A stretch of 64,000 nucleotides of DNA, from NCBI RefSeq assembly GCF_006345805.1, contig NC_043007.1, positions 1,302,001 through 1,366,000 on the forward strand, in the 5' to 3' direction. This DNA is from Octopus sinensis (lineage: Eukaryota). Below are positions 24,696-38,238 of the stretch, in pieces (position 1 is the stretch's first letter; every line of letters begins with the position of its first letter). The notes beneath the pieces were generated by a model, which worked only from the letters and a program-made list of their open reading frames with translations, did no database searches and was not told the origin of the DNA. Both the position numbers and the translations under genes were made by a program.

Positions 24696-27600
24696 TGCAA
24701 ATATACTTCAGCATTTATTGTAGTCTGAAAAGGTAAAGGCATGTGGCTTAGTGGTTAGGGCATTCAGTTCACGATCGCAAGGTCATGAGTTCAATTCCTG
24801 GTGACGTGTTGTGTCCTTGAGCAAGACACTTTATTTCACGTTGGTCCAGTCCACTCAGCTGGCAAAATGAAATCGTACCTGTTATACAAGGGGGGCCAGC
24901 CTTGTCATACTCTGTGTCACATTGAATCTTCCTGAGAACTACATTAAGGGTACACATGTCTGTGGAGTACTCAGCCACCTGCACATTAATTTCACAAGCA
25001 GGCTGTTCTGTTGATCGTTTCAGCTGGGACCTTTGTTGTCGTAAACAACGGAGTGCTTCTTCCTTCTTCACAGGTATGGCTGTGTGGTATGAAGTTTATT
25101 TCGCAACCACATAGTTCTGGGTTCAGTCCCACTGTGTGACACCTTGGGCAAATATCTTGTTCTCTAGCCCCAGGCTGACCAAGGCCTTGTGAGTGGATTT
25201 GGTAGATAGAAACTGAAAGAAGCCTGTTGAATATAAGTATATGGTGAAGGCACATGGTGCAATGGTTAGAGTGTCAGGCTCACAATCGTGAGGTAGTGAG
25301 TTCAGTTCCCGGACTGGGCAGTGTGTTGTGTTCTTGAGCAAGACACTTGATTTCATGATGCTCAAGTTCACTAGTGCCAAGCTGTGGTCAGCCTTTGTTT
25401 GTCTTTCCCCAGGATAACATCAATGGCGTGGAGAGGTGAGGCTGGTATGCATGGGCATCTGCTGGTCATCCATAAACAATCTTGCCCAGATTTGTGCCTC
25501 TGAAGGGAACTTTCTTGGTGCAATCCCATGGTCATTCATGGCTGAAGGGTGTCTTTACCCTTTTATACACACACACATTTAATAAATGTTGCTTACTGCA
25601 AGTTATGGATGATTCTTTTATGACTTCATTGCTTTCAGGCTTAGCTTAAGGTATTTTTACACCCAACATCACAAAATGCGTCTGAATAGACATTGCCGGA
25701 CAGCAAATAGAGTCTCGGACATTGCTTAGAAAATAATTTTCATTTTTAACCTCGTATATAGTACGCACTAGGGATTTCGACCTTTAAATTTTGGGGGAAA
25801 ATGCGGGTTATACTCGAGGATTTACGGTGTGTCAAGGGTACACACGTTTTTGGAGTGCTCAGCCACTTGCACGTTTATTTCATGAGCAGGCAGTTCATCA
25901 AATCAGCTGGAACCCTTGTCGTCATAACTGACAGATTGCCACGATAAAGTTGTATGTGGGAAGCACTCCGTCGGTTACGATGACGAGGGTTCTGGTTGAT
26001 CCGAATCAACGGAACAGCCTGCTCGTGAAATTAACGTGTAAGTGGCTGAGCACTCCACAGACACGTGTACCCTTAACGTAGTTCTCGGGGATAGTCAGCG
26101 TGACACAGAGAGTGACAAGGCCGGCCCTTTGAAATACAGGTACAACAGAAACAGGAAGTAAGAGTGAGAGAAAGTTGTGGTGAAAGAGTACAGCAGGGAT
26201 CACCACCATCCCCTGCCGGAGCCTCGTGGAGCTTTTAGGTGTTTTCGCTCAATAAACACCCACAACAACCGGTCTGGGAATCGAAACCGCGATCCTCCGA
26301 CCGCGAGTCTGCTGCCCTAACCACTGGGCCATTGCGCCTCCACTAAAGTTGTATGTCAGGTACTGTTGAAAGCAATAAAAGAAAGATGCAGGGAAAAAGA
26401 AAGAATGAAAAGATGAAAAATCACATGGAAACTACAATACCAACATCTCACTTCATGCGTGCTTTTGTGTTTCAGTTGAGCAAATATTGAAACTAAAATA
26501 TCATTGTGTGACAATTAATGCAACATTCAGTACATGATATAATTAAGTGGCTTATTATGTCTGTGTTATTGTAATATCACAGTATGCTGGTGTAATCAAG
26601 TTTTAGTCTGAGCATTGCTTTATGGAGTAAGGGAAGTACAGTTTCCATCCCATTTGGGAGATACTCTTTTAACTCTTTTACTTGTTTCAGTCATTTGACT
26701 GCGGCCATGCTGGAGTACCGCCTTTTAGTTGAGCAAATCGACCCCAGGACTTATTCTTTGTAAGCCTAGTACTTACTCTATCAGTCTTTCTTGCCAAACC
26801 GTTATGTTACGGGGACATAAACATACCAGCATCAGTTGTCAAGCGATGTTAGGAGTACAAACACAGACACAAACATATACAAACAAACACACACACACAC
26901 ACATATAATATATCCGTCTACCAAATCCACTCACATACATACATATATATATAACCCATGCTAGCATGGAGAACGGACGTTAAACGATGATGATGATGAT
27001 ACGAAATCCACTCACAAGGCTTTGGTCGGCCTGAAGCTATAGTAGAAGACACTTTCCCAAGGTGCCACGCAGTGGGACTGAACCTGGAACCGTGTGGTTG
27101 GTAAGCAAGCTTCTTACCACACAGCCACTCCTGCGCCTATATGTTTTCCTTTTTTTTATAGGCTGACTGGCTTCCGTGCTGGTGGCATGTAAAAAGCACC
27201 AACCGATCGTGGCTGATGCCAGCCTCTCCTGGCATCTGTGCCAGTGGCACGTAAAAAGCACCCACTACACTCACGGAGGGCATCCAGCTGTAGAAACTCT
27301 GCCAGATCAGACTGGAGCCTGGTGCAGCCTCCTGTGACTGACCAGGCTATCAGATGTTGCTACACATCGCTGGTCACAATGCGCTTTGCATTGTTTTAGC
27401 CTTTCAAATGACGCCACCTCGCTAGCTAAGCGAGCAGGTCAACAGAAGAAAGAGTGAGAGAAAGTTGTGACGAAAGAGTACAGCAGGGATTGCCACCACC
27501 CTCTGCTGGAGCCTCGTGGAGCTTTAGGTGTTTTCGCTCAATAAACACAAACAACGCCCAGTCTGGGAATTGAAACCGCGATCCTACAACCACGAGTCTG

Positions 27601-28161
27601 ATGCCCTAACCACTGGGCCATTGTGCCTCCACCCTATAAACATATATGACCGTATTTGTGTGTGTGAAATCCCTTGATAAAGTATGACCGTCTCATTAAA
27701 TGACTATCAGCTTGGTTCCTAATATCTTTGTCACTTTTTTCTAAGATATTAGGCTGTGACATGAGAGTGATTTGGCCCCATAAAGTCTGCCGCATTGGAT
27801 CATAAATGCATATAAGGGTGTGTGTGTGTGTACACGTGAGGGATGTCTTGCTAAAGCATGACTTTCTTCTCTTTTAAGTGATTCAGTGTACTTCATGCAT
27901 GAAACTACAAGACTCTCTGACTCATGTTTAAGAGTCATGTTCAAAGATTAATATCTGTCTGCCTGACTATGTATCTCTCTCTCAGTCTATCTATCTGTCT
28001 ATCTCACTGTCTATGTATGTATGTATCCATGTGTCTGTCTGTCTATCTAACTATTTATCTATCTATTTATCTATCTATCTATCAATCTATCTATCTATCT
28101 ATGTATATGTAAATCTATGTATAGACATGTATCTATTTATATATACATATATATATGTATG

Positions 28162-28213
<52 letters not shown>

Positions 28214-29082
28214 TATATGTATTTGTGTGTGTGTGTATGTGTGTATGTAAATATATATATATATGTATGTATGTATATGTATTTTCCCGCTATTTCTTTT
28301 GTAATTAGTCATCTCAGTGAATTCTCTGATAATGAGTTTTGGCTATTAAATATACATTTACTATTGAGGACTGTGAGTAATTTATTTCTTTAACAAATGA
28401 CACTCCCCCCTCATCTCCTGTCTCTCTCTCTGACGCACACACACACACACACACACGTGTAGAACTGGCTGTATCAGTATGCAACCAGTTTACTTTCAAA
28501 GGGTTCCTCGTTTATAGGTTTGTATTCTATCAGTGGTACAGTAGTGTATATATATATATATGGCCATGACTAATCACCATTGAGCTAGCTCAGTCCATCA
28601 AGCTGTAAGTAGGTAGTCCACCTTGCTGTGTTCTTCTTTTGCTGGTGTTAGTTGTTGGGATGTAGCCATGCTGGGTGCACTGCCTTGAAGGGTCCAGTTG
28701 ATTGTATGGAATGGGTTCTTCTCAGTATTCATTTTTAAGTTTTGTTCTTATTTGATGGCCTCTATTTGTTGAACTGCTAAGTTATGGAATATGAAGACAC
28801 TTGCCCAAGGTTCCAAGCAGTGGGGCTGAACCCAGAACCATGTGGTTGAGAAGCAAGCATCTTACTACACAGCCACGCCTGCGCCTATGTCCACACAGCC
28901 ATGCCATATTTATTTTTTACTTTGTTGTAGTTTTTAGTCAGAAGGGGAAGCATTGTCTGTGGCCCTTTAAGGGCCTTTGAATTTGGTGGGATAGAGGGAA
29001 TAAGGCTAGAGTGACGTGATTGAGTACAGCTGTTTGGATGATGGTAACTTGGTTTGGGTGACTGGACATGAAACCTGTTTTG

Positions 29083-29126
<44 letters not shown>

Positions 29127-29729
29127 ACAAGCATGTGCATGCATGTACACACACGTGTGTGCTCATCGAAATGCACACATACAGATAGAGAAGAGGAGAG
29201 GGAGAGACATTACAATTATTAATTGAACACAATTGGCTTAAACAATTTCCTTCTCGTACACATAAACAAAGAGGGAGAGAGGGAGTAGAGAGAGAGAGAG
29301 AGAGAGTGGGGGAGATAGGGTAGAGTGAGGGGTGTAGGGAGAGAGTGAATGAGAGAAATATTAAAATGTCAGATGTCAAGTAAGTCATCATTGAATCAGT
29401 GACTCCAAAATGGTTGTGCCTAAAATGTCTTGTACCCATAAAAGTTATCCTGAAACCAAGTGCTTGCAAATCAGTGGACATTAGTAAAACACACCTGAGG
29501 TGCCATGTGGTGGGGTGAAACTTAGTGACTGATCACCTAAATAGGTTACAGCAGGATTTGAACTCAGAATGCAAAATCATTCAGTTTGGCATTCTTACAG
29601 TTCCCTTTATTCACTGTCCTGCATTTGTCCCTTTATTATTTTCCTTATCATCCCAAAAATGGTCTTTGAGATATCAAATCACTTTACCATTCTACTGCTG
29701 TTGTTTGTCAGCAATATTTATTAAAGTAC

Positions 29730-30310
29730 ATAAGGCGACGAGCTGGCCGAATCGTTAGCACGCTGGGCTAAATGCTGAGTGGTATTTAGCCCATTGCTAT
29801 GTTCTGAGTTCAATTTCTGCTGAGGTCAACTTTGCCTTTCATCCTTTCGAGGTCGATTAAATAAGTACCAGATACACACTGGGGTCGATATAATCGACTT
29901 AATCCATTTGTCTGTCCTTGTTTGGCCTCTTTGTGTTTAGCCCCTTGTGGGTAGTAAAGAAATAGGTATTTTGTCTGCCACTATGTTCTGAGTTCAAATT
30001 CCGCCGAGGTCGACTTTGACTTTCATCCTTTCGGGGTCGATAAATTAAGTACCAGTTATGCACTGGGAGCGATATAATCGACTTAATCCGTTTGTCTGTC
30101 CTTGTTTGTCCTCTTTGTGTTTAGCCCCTTGTGGGTAGTAAAGAAATATATATTTCATCTGCCGCTACATTCTGAGTTCAAATTCCGCTGAGGTCAACTT
30201 TGACTTTCGTCTTTCCAGGGTCAATTAAATAAGTACCAGTTACTCACTGGGGTCGATGTAATTGACTTACTCCCCTCCCCTTAACTGCCCTTGTGGAAAA
30301 AAATTTGGAA
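29730..30310 (+). mobile_element. tRNA-derived SINE (family B) with three tandem internal units
   Basis: Head GGCGACGAGCTGGCCGAATCGTTAGCAC; unit GAGTTCAAATTCCGCCGAGGTCGACTTTGCCTTTCATCC...GTAAAGAAATAGG repeated; other arrays at about 10680, 13540, 35360(-), 38889(-; TSD TAGAYGATGTGTATT), 40310(-), 50060, 50965, 52855(-). Confidence 0.85.
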
Positions 30311-31261
30311 TCATCATTTATTAAAGTACATTTATTCAATTTATTATTATTTTTTTCTTATTATTTTCCTTTGTTATTGTACTTTTTCTCTTGGTTTTCT
30401 TTAAAATAGCATCAGTTTATTAGTAGCAGGTGATTAAGTAAATAGTTAATATTTTCAATTACAAAACAAACATTAAATTAAATTTAGTCTCTTCAGAAGC
30501 ACGGACCTAAGATCTGCACATATTTTCCCATCTTGGGTTCGTGCTTCTAAAGCGCCTAATTTTAATTTAATATTTATTTATAGCATCTTTTGTTTTTTTT
30601 TTAAATAAAATAAAAATAAAATAAATCAAGACTTTTGTCATGAATTGAGCTGAATTCTGAATATTTGGAACAGATTAAAAACATTTTTTTTCCGTTTTTC
30701 TTTGGTGACACAAACATCACAAGATTCACAAACTTTGCTTTTTTATCAATATTTTCTCTCTTTCTCTCTCTTTCTATTCGTAGTTTCTACTTTGCTTGAA
30801 ATATCTGTGGGAGACACACTGAAGCAAGTAATTGTTCTTTTAGGAATCTAATATGAAAGCGTTCTTGTTAGCCAAACTTCTAAAGGGTTATAGTTTATAT
30901 TTTCATTTAATAGAGCCTTTCATGTTATATTCACTTGAGTTTTAAATTCTTTAATCTCAAAAAGAAAGGGTTATATATTTAATTGAGGTTATTTTTCTGG
31001 AAACCGTTATCTTTTAAATTAGCGCCTTTCATTTTTAACTTTGATGAATTCAAGAATTTTGAACAAGTCAACAAAAATGTTCTTGATTTCTTTCATAGTT
31101 TTTTTTTTGTTTTTTTGCTATCCTTTTATTTCATAGTCTGTAGGTAGTGTGTAGCCAAATGGTTAAGTAGTACACTTTGCAACCACTAGGTCTTAAGTTC
31201 AATCTCATTCCTTGGCATCTTGAGCATTTGTCATTTTGCATAGTTTCAGGTTAACCCTTGC

Positions 31262-31477
31262 CTTCTTCTTCTTCTTCTTCTTCTTCTTCTTCTTCTTCTT
31301 CTTCTTCTTCTTCTTCTTCTTCTCCTCTTCTTCTTCTTCTTCTTCTTCTTCTTCTTCTTCTTCTTCTTCTTCTTCTTCTTCTTCTTCTTCTTCTTCTTCT
31401 TCTTCTTCTTCTTCTTCTTCTTCTTCTTCTTCTTCTTCTTCTTCTTCTTCTTCTTCTTCTTCTTCTTCTTCTTCTTC
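31262..31477. repeat. (CTT)72 microsatellite with a single interruption
   Basis: Direct reading; directly abuts the tail of an RTE 3' UTR copy. Confidence 0.97.
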
Positions 31478-31774
31478 GTTGTTTAACTTCCGCTTTCCAT
31501 GCTGGCATGGGTTGGACAGTTTGACTGAGGACTGGCAAGCCAGGAGGCTCCAATCTAATCTGGCATGGTTTCAACAGCTGGATGCCCTTCCTAATACCAA
31601 CCACTCCAAGAGTGTAGTGGGTGCTTTTTACATGCCACCGGCACAAGGGCTAGTCAGGCGGTGCTGGTATCGACCATGCTTGTATGGTGCTTTTTACATG
31701 CCACCAGCATAGGAGCCAGTCAGCTATTTGTAAATCTCACAACGAGAGATATTCAGCAACAGTACTTTGTAGTA

Positions 31775-31989
31775 AAGATTGTTTGCCAACATAACATGGC
31801 AGTCCTGGTTTAGGATGAATGTTGCTGTAATTTAGCCCCAGGAGACATCATCTCCAGCTGGCTATACAAAAAATATGGCACAGATCATGTCGTCTAGCCA
31901 GCTAGAGACAATGTCTCCTCTCCTGGGGCTAAATTACAGCAACATTTGTCCTAAACCAGGACTGCCATGTTATGTTGGCAAACAATCTT
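31775..31989. mobile_element. Foldback MITE with about 90-bp arms
   Basis: AAGATTGTTTGCCAACATAACATGGCAGTCCTGGTTTAGG...AGCTGGCTA at 31775-31864 and its near-exact reverse complement at 31895-31989. Confidence 0.8.
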
Positions 31990-32666
31990 ATTCCTGGTTT
32001 TAGTTTGTCTGAAATATCTGTGGGAAGCACAATAGTACATGAGGTTGTTGTTTTGCAAATGTAATCCGGAACTGTTGTTAACAGCCACACTCTCTAAGTG
32101 CTTACAGTTTATATTTTCTTTCAGCGTTGTAATAAACACACACGAGAAAGCGTAAACAGGAATTCACATTTTTCTAAACAGCAATATGAATTTAGACTTA
32201 GCTATGTCATGTGCTCTGGGACTTATAAGGCTGAAGCTGAACTCCAGTTTGCAAGGCATATATGAGGGGGTGCTGAATAGTTCCTGGGTTTAAGGGTATT
32301 GTTGAAGGCCTGGTTGGAGGCCCAACCTTCCGAGTTCTTTTACAGGGTTTAGAAAAACTTAAGGGCCACTGTAATAAGTGTATGAATCTGAGAAGGGAAT
32401 ATCATCATCATCGTTTAACATCCGCTTTCCATGCTAGCATGGGTTGGACAGTTTGACCAGGGTCTGGGAAGCCAGGAGGCTGCACCAGGCTCCAGTCTGA
32501 TCTGGCAGTGTTTCTACAGCTGGATGCCCTTCCTAACTCTGTAAGTGTAGTGAGTGCTTTTTACATGCCACTGGCACAGGTGCCAGGGGAGGCTGGCAAC
32601 AGCCACGATTGGTTGGTGCTTAAAATCATAATTAACTGATCCTCCTGTATTTTCTTTTACCTAAAG

Positions 32667-32837
32667 CAGGGGTCCCCAAACTTTTTAGACCATTGACCCC
32701 TTTATGGAATCCCTGACTCCTCATCACCCCCCCCCAGGCAAGTACAAGGAAATAATTAAATAATAATAATAATGAGTAAGTAGATGTGCATTTATCGACC
32801 CCTTGAATAGTTCCATCGACCACCTTGGAGACCCCTG
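32667..32837. mobile_element. hAT-type MITE
   Basis: TIR CAGGGGTCCCC / GGAGACCCCTG; 8-bp TSD ACCTAAAG vs ACTTACAG (6/8). Confidence 0.8.
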
Positions 32838-35800
32838 ACTTACAGCAAGGAACTTTTCAGCACCCACTTGTAAGTGACTGGGGTGACATACTTCCCCACT
32901 GCACAGGATGCCAGACTATCGCAGGGTTAACTTCCTGGTTATTGGGTGCAGGGTGTGGATCTCATTTACAGCTGAATGGGCTGAGGCAATGTGAAATCGA
33001 ATGTTTTGCTCAAGAATGAAGTCCACTGCCTGGTTCGGGAACTGAAACCATGATCTTATGGTCATGAATTCAACCCCCTAACCACCAGACCACAATAATA
33101 TTACTTTGTACAATTAAAGCTAATTATCTGCAGTAGATTATCACACGGATGTTTTCATAACTTGTATATTACGTTACTATTTAGTGAACAGAGAAGCCTT
33201 AATATATATGTATATATATGTGTATATATGTTCTATCATCATCATCATCATTGTTTAACGTCCGTTTTCCGTGCTAGCATGGGTTGGACGGTTTGACCAG
33301 GGTCTGGGAAGCCAGGAGGCTGGACCAGGCTCTAGTCTGATCTGGCAGTGTTTCTACAGCTGGATGCCCTTCTACAGCTGGATGCACTCCGCGAGTGTAG
33401 TAGGTGCTTTTTACGTGCCACCGGCACAGGTGCCAGGGGAGGCTGGCAGCAGCCACGATCGGTTGGTGCTTTTTATGTGCCACCGGCACAGAAGCTAGTC
33501 AAGGCGGCGCTGGCATCGGCCATGTTCGGATGGTGCTTTTTACGTGCCTCTGGCACAGGAGGTGGCGCTGGCATCGGCCACGTTCGGATAGTGCTTTTTA
33601 TTTCGATGGTTCTATGTATTTTAAACATAAGTTAACCTTTGCATACAAGTTATTTCTCAATTGTTAATTAAGTTAATTAAGTTCTGGAATGTTTCTGGAG
33701 AAAAGATTATCATAAGTTTTAGCATCCTCTGAAAATATTGGCCCCAAATTATTGAAAAATATGTTGATTGTTGCTTTAAGCTCTTGCCACAAAACTTGGC
33801 CTAAATTTAGTTATGCTGAGTAAAGCTTTAGAATTGCGCAACTATTGACACAAGAGATAAGGGCACTGGACAGGATAAGATTGTCCTAGTTTCGGATTGT
33901 GTTGTGCTAAGTTGAAATTCTAGTAAAAAACCAGCTCAATTGCACTTGAAAATGTGAAAGTGTTCTCTTATGTTGTTGGAATAAATACTTGGATAAAGAT
34001 TTGTCTTGGTATTTGGTAGTCATTTATATTTTGGGCAAATACCCAGACAAGGAATGAATACAAAGATTATGTGAATAGTTTGGTATTTAATTCAGTGTTG
34101 GTGGTATTTTTTTATGTGTCAATAATCTTCTTTGTTTTTTGGTTTTCAATATAGAAGCAGAACAAATATATGAATTTAATGAAATAAGCAAAACAAAACA
34201 AATGTTAAAAAAAAAATATTAAAAATATATCGAACAAAGACCTCAAAATCTGTTGTAGTCGGAAAATTATATTATCTTTTGTTCTTCGTTTATTACATAA
34301 GTTTTTATATTCATTTATTCATAAATCTGATCAATGGTCTGTTACATGCTTTCTATGTTATATTTACTACTTAATTAGCTTTCATCGTTTCCAGTCTTAA
34401 TTTTGTTTTTTCTAATTGCCATAGCTAAAAAAATTCCAAGCATATAGTTTGAATTATTAGAAAAATATTGTGGCTCCACGCAACTGAAATATATTTCAAA
34501 CCAGCTCCAGCATGGCTCCAGTCAAATAACTAAAACAAATAAAAGGATAGTAATTAGCCGTCATTATTCTGCTTGATGTTGACAATATTTTTGACCCATC
34601 GAATAAAACGAATAAAATGCATTTCAGACCTTATAATTTCCTTCTTCATTCTGCTTGATGTTCTTGTTATTTTAACCCACACGCTGTCATATTCAGCTCA
34701 TCTCAAATATTTTTCAAATATAATAATCTACCAGCTTCATTCTGGCTGATGTTGTTGATAGTTTGATAGTGTTTTAAAACCCACACACACTACTACGAAG
34801 TTGTCTGGCATCTGGCATAATGCCTGTGTCCTATATTTTTTTTTATAATGCAGAGTCCTTGTTATTTTTGTGTGTGTGTATTTTTGTTGTCGTCGTATAA
34901 ATTGTATAAGTACTAAAATAATATATGTACTCTTGGAGTCAAAGACTATTTCCTTAATCTTTAAAGCAGAGAAAGTTTATAATATGCATCGATATATATT
35001 TAAAGTAGATGGTTCTCTGTCATCACTTTGAGGTTTCCAGTCTTTCATGAAAAGAAAATAAAATAAAAATATATATACATTTAAAGATGTTTAATTTGAC
35101 GCGAAGCCAAGAAGAGATTTTAAAATACAGCAGAAAGTAATTTTGCTAAAAATAAATTAAAAATAAAATATGCGTAAAAACTTTGCAAACTGATGTCTCA
35201 GTTTATTTTTTAAGTGTAAAAGTTTCAGAAAGTTGTAAAAGATTTAAAAGGTTTATTTTATTTTATTTTATTTTATTTTATTATTGACTTCATTCCATTT
35301 GGACCTCAAAAGTAAAATTGTAAATCTGCATTTTATTTTGAGGGAGGAGAAAAAAATATTCTTTTCTGCTTTAGGCACAAAGCCCGAGGTTTTTGGGGAG
35401 GGGGGGCCAGTTGATTAGATTGACCCCAGTATGCAACTGGTACTTAATTTAGTGACCTTGAAAGGATGAAAGGCAAAGTTGACCTTGGCAGAATTTGAAC
35501 TCGGAAAGTAAAGACTAACAAAATACTGCAAAGCATTTCACCCAGAGTGCTAACGTTTCTGTCAGTTTGCCACCTTTGGTTGATAAATAATATTTTCTAC
35601 TCTAGGCACAAGGCCTGAAATTTTTGGGGATGGGGCCAGTCAATTAGGTGAACCCCAGTGCATAACTGGTACTTAATTTATCGACCCTGAAAAAATGAAA
35701 GTCGACCTTGGCAGAATTTTAACTCAGCACGTAAAGACAGACGAAATACCTATTTCTTTACTACCCACAAGGGGCTAAACACAGAGAGGACAAACAAGGA

Positions 35801-37479
35801 CAGACAAAGGGATTAAGTCGATTATATCGACCCCAGTGCGTAACTGGTACTTATTTAATCGACCCCAAAAGTATGAAAGGCAAAGTTGACCTCGGCGGAA
35901 TTTGAACTCAGCACGTAAAGACAGATGAAATACCGCAAAGCATTTCGCCTGGCATGCTAACGTTTCTGCCAGCTCGCTGCCTTTGGTTGATAAATAATCT
36001 TTTCTACTCTAGGCACAAGGCCCAAAATTTTGGGGAGGTGGGGCCAGTCGATTACATCGACCCCAGTATGCAATTGGTACTTAATTTATCGACCCTGAAA
36101 GGATGAAAGGCAAAGTCGACCTTGGCAGAATTTGAATTCAGAATGTAAAGATAGCTGAAATAATGATAACCATTTTGCCTGCCTTGTTGTGCTTGAAAAG
36201 ACGTGTCATGTTAACTGACAGTATTATCAAAGCTCCACATATGCCCTGATTCTTTCATTTACTTTCCCTTCCACGGTTGACCCCTATTGTCTTGTGTAGG
36301 TTCCACAAGAGTTGGTGACTGCTTCTTCTTATTCTCCACATATGATCAGCCCTCATTTTTTCCCTCTCCCTACATATCACAACTGTATGATATCGCTGTA
36401 GCAATCTTTTTTGGGTGGATGGATTTTTCGGATGGCAGGGTGGGGCAACAACTGGTTTCACTTTCGTTTCACTGCCACAACTGCATGGGGGTGGAACACA
36501 TATTCTTCTTGGTTGTCATCTCTTCTGAAGAAGGCTTCGATGCATTCTTCTGTCTAACATTGCTAATATGTGTCACAGAGCATGTGTTGTATTCCTCTGT
36601 TATAGACAACTTGTATCACAGTTCACATGTTGTATTCCACTGTGAACTTAGAGCAAAGAAACTTCAGAAGAAAGAAAAGAACAATATTTAATAGAGTGGT
36701 GTTTTTTTTTCTACTTTTGGTTGGTTGTTTGTTTTCAGTTTCCCTTTGCTTTTCAATGTCCAGAGTTCTATATTTGGTGACAAAAGATTGCTTTGACCTT
36801 TTACAGAATGGCATCAAGCTTTGAAAACGCAATAGAACCATGGCTTGCTTTAGTTAGAGTTTTTACTGCGAGACATTATTTCTAGCTTCTCTGTTCTTGC
36901 TGTCTGTCTGTCTCTCTTTTCCTCTCTTTCTCTGCCTGTCTATCTCTTTTTTCCTCTCTCTCTCTGTTTCTCTTTGTCTGTCTCTCTCTTTCTCTGTCTG
37001 TCTGTCTGGCTCTCTCTCTCTGTCTCTCTTTGTCTCTTTGTCTCTCTCTATTCCTGTCTCTGTTTTTCTCTCATGCCATACCATAATCATTGTGTTTGTT
37101 GTTATTGTTCTTGTTATTTCGCTCTGGGTTGGATGAGGAAAAGCCTTCCAGTCATGCCCATCCCATCTGTTGTCATCCATCATGCTTCCTATTACAATAT
37201 TATCCCATGTAGCTTTAGTTATCTTCCTTTCCAACATGTTTCTTTGCAATGGTTTGATTGAGCAGGGAATCTGCTCTCTCCAAAATCATTGGAAGCTGTG
37301 TGTGTGTGTGTGTGTGTGTGTGCAGGGGGGGGTACATAGTTATTTACACTTTTATTATTTTATTTGTTTCAGTCATTTTGACTGCGGCCATGCTGGAGCA
37401 CCGCCTTTAGTCGAACAAATCAACCCCAGGACTTATTCTTTGTAAGCCTAGTACTTATTCTATCAGTCTATCAATATCT

Positions 37480-37872
37480 ATGGATGGAAGCACTCCGTCG
37501 GTTACGACAACGAGGGTTCCGGTTGATCCGATCAACGGAACAGCCTGCTCGTGAAATTAACGTGTAAGTGGCTGAGCACTCCACAGACATGTGTACCCCT
37601 TAACGTAGTTCTCGGGGATATTCAGCGTGACACAGAGAGTGACAAGGCCGGCCCTTTGAAATACAGGTACAACAGAAACAGAAAATAAGAGTGAGAGAAA
37701 GTTGTGATGAAAGAGTACAGCAGGGATCACCACAATCCCCTGCTGGAGCCTCGTGGAGCTTTTAGGTGTTTTCGCTCAATAAACACTCACAACGCCCGGT
37801 CTGGGAATCGAAACCGCGATCCTCCGACCGCGAGTCCGCTGCCCTAACCACTGGGCCATTGCGCCTCCACAT
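37480..37872 (-). mobile_element. tRNA-derived SINE (family C), representative full copy
   Basis: Minus head GTGGAGGCGCAATGGCCCAGTGGTTAGGGCAGCGGACTCGCGG...GGTTTCGATTCCC; other copies at about 22965, 25960(-), 27335(-), 45327, 48225(-). Confidence 0.85.
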
Positions 37873-38238
37873 CAATATCTGTAGTGCTGGTGCCACAAAA
37901 AAATGTACCCAGCACACTATGTAGAGAGTGGCCACTGTTAGGAAGGGCATCCGACTCTAGTAACCACAACCAGAATGGAGACATTGGAGCAAGATGTGGA
38001 CCTTCAACTTTCTGGATCCTATTGAACTGACCAACCCATGACAGCTTCTTAAACAAGCATGAAATGATGGTGGTGGTGGTGATGATGATGTTTCATTGAA
38101 ATATATATTCTGTATTTGTTTTAAAAATCTTTCATAAAGCTAATTATATTTGTTATTTCTATTTCGTTAGGCCTGCACAAGTTAATGGTATAACTGTCAT
38201 CAGAAGGTTTGTTAAGTTAGCCAAGTGAAACTCTTACC

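Noticed and set aside
25639-25650. 12-nt microexon candidate (ttcag|GCTTAGCTTAAG|gtattt)
   Set aside because: Such motif pairs are expected by chance in AT-rich introns, and there is no linking evidence.
30784-32110. H/ACA snoRNA interpretation of the paralogous pair (short hairpin, ACA/ATA + 3 nt)
   Set aside because: No consistent ANANNA hinge in both copies and no convincing 3' hairpin.
36255-36700. Minus-strand Cys/His-spaced peptide ending RYHT, resembling a piggyBac C-terminal domain
   Set aside because: Requires several frameshifts and no TIR or catalytic domain is visible; too weak to call.
37780-37872. tRNA-like sequences with A and B boxes (here and in many other copies)
   Set aside because: They are SINE heads continuing into SINE bodies; no complete cloverleaf with acceptor stem was found.
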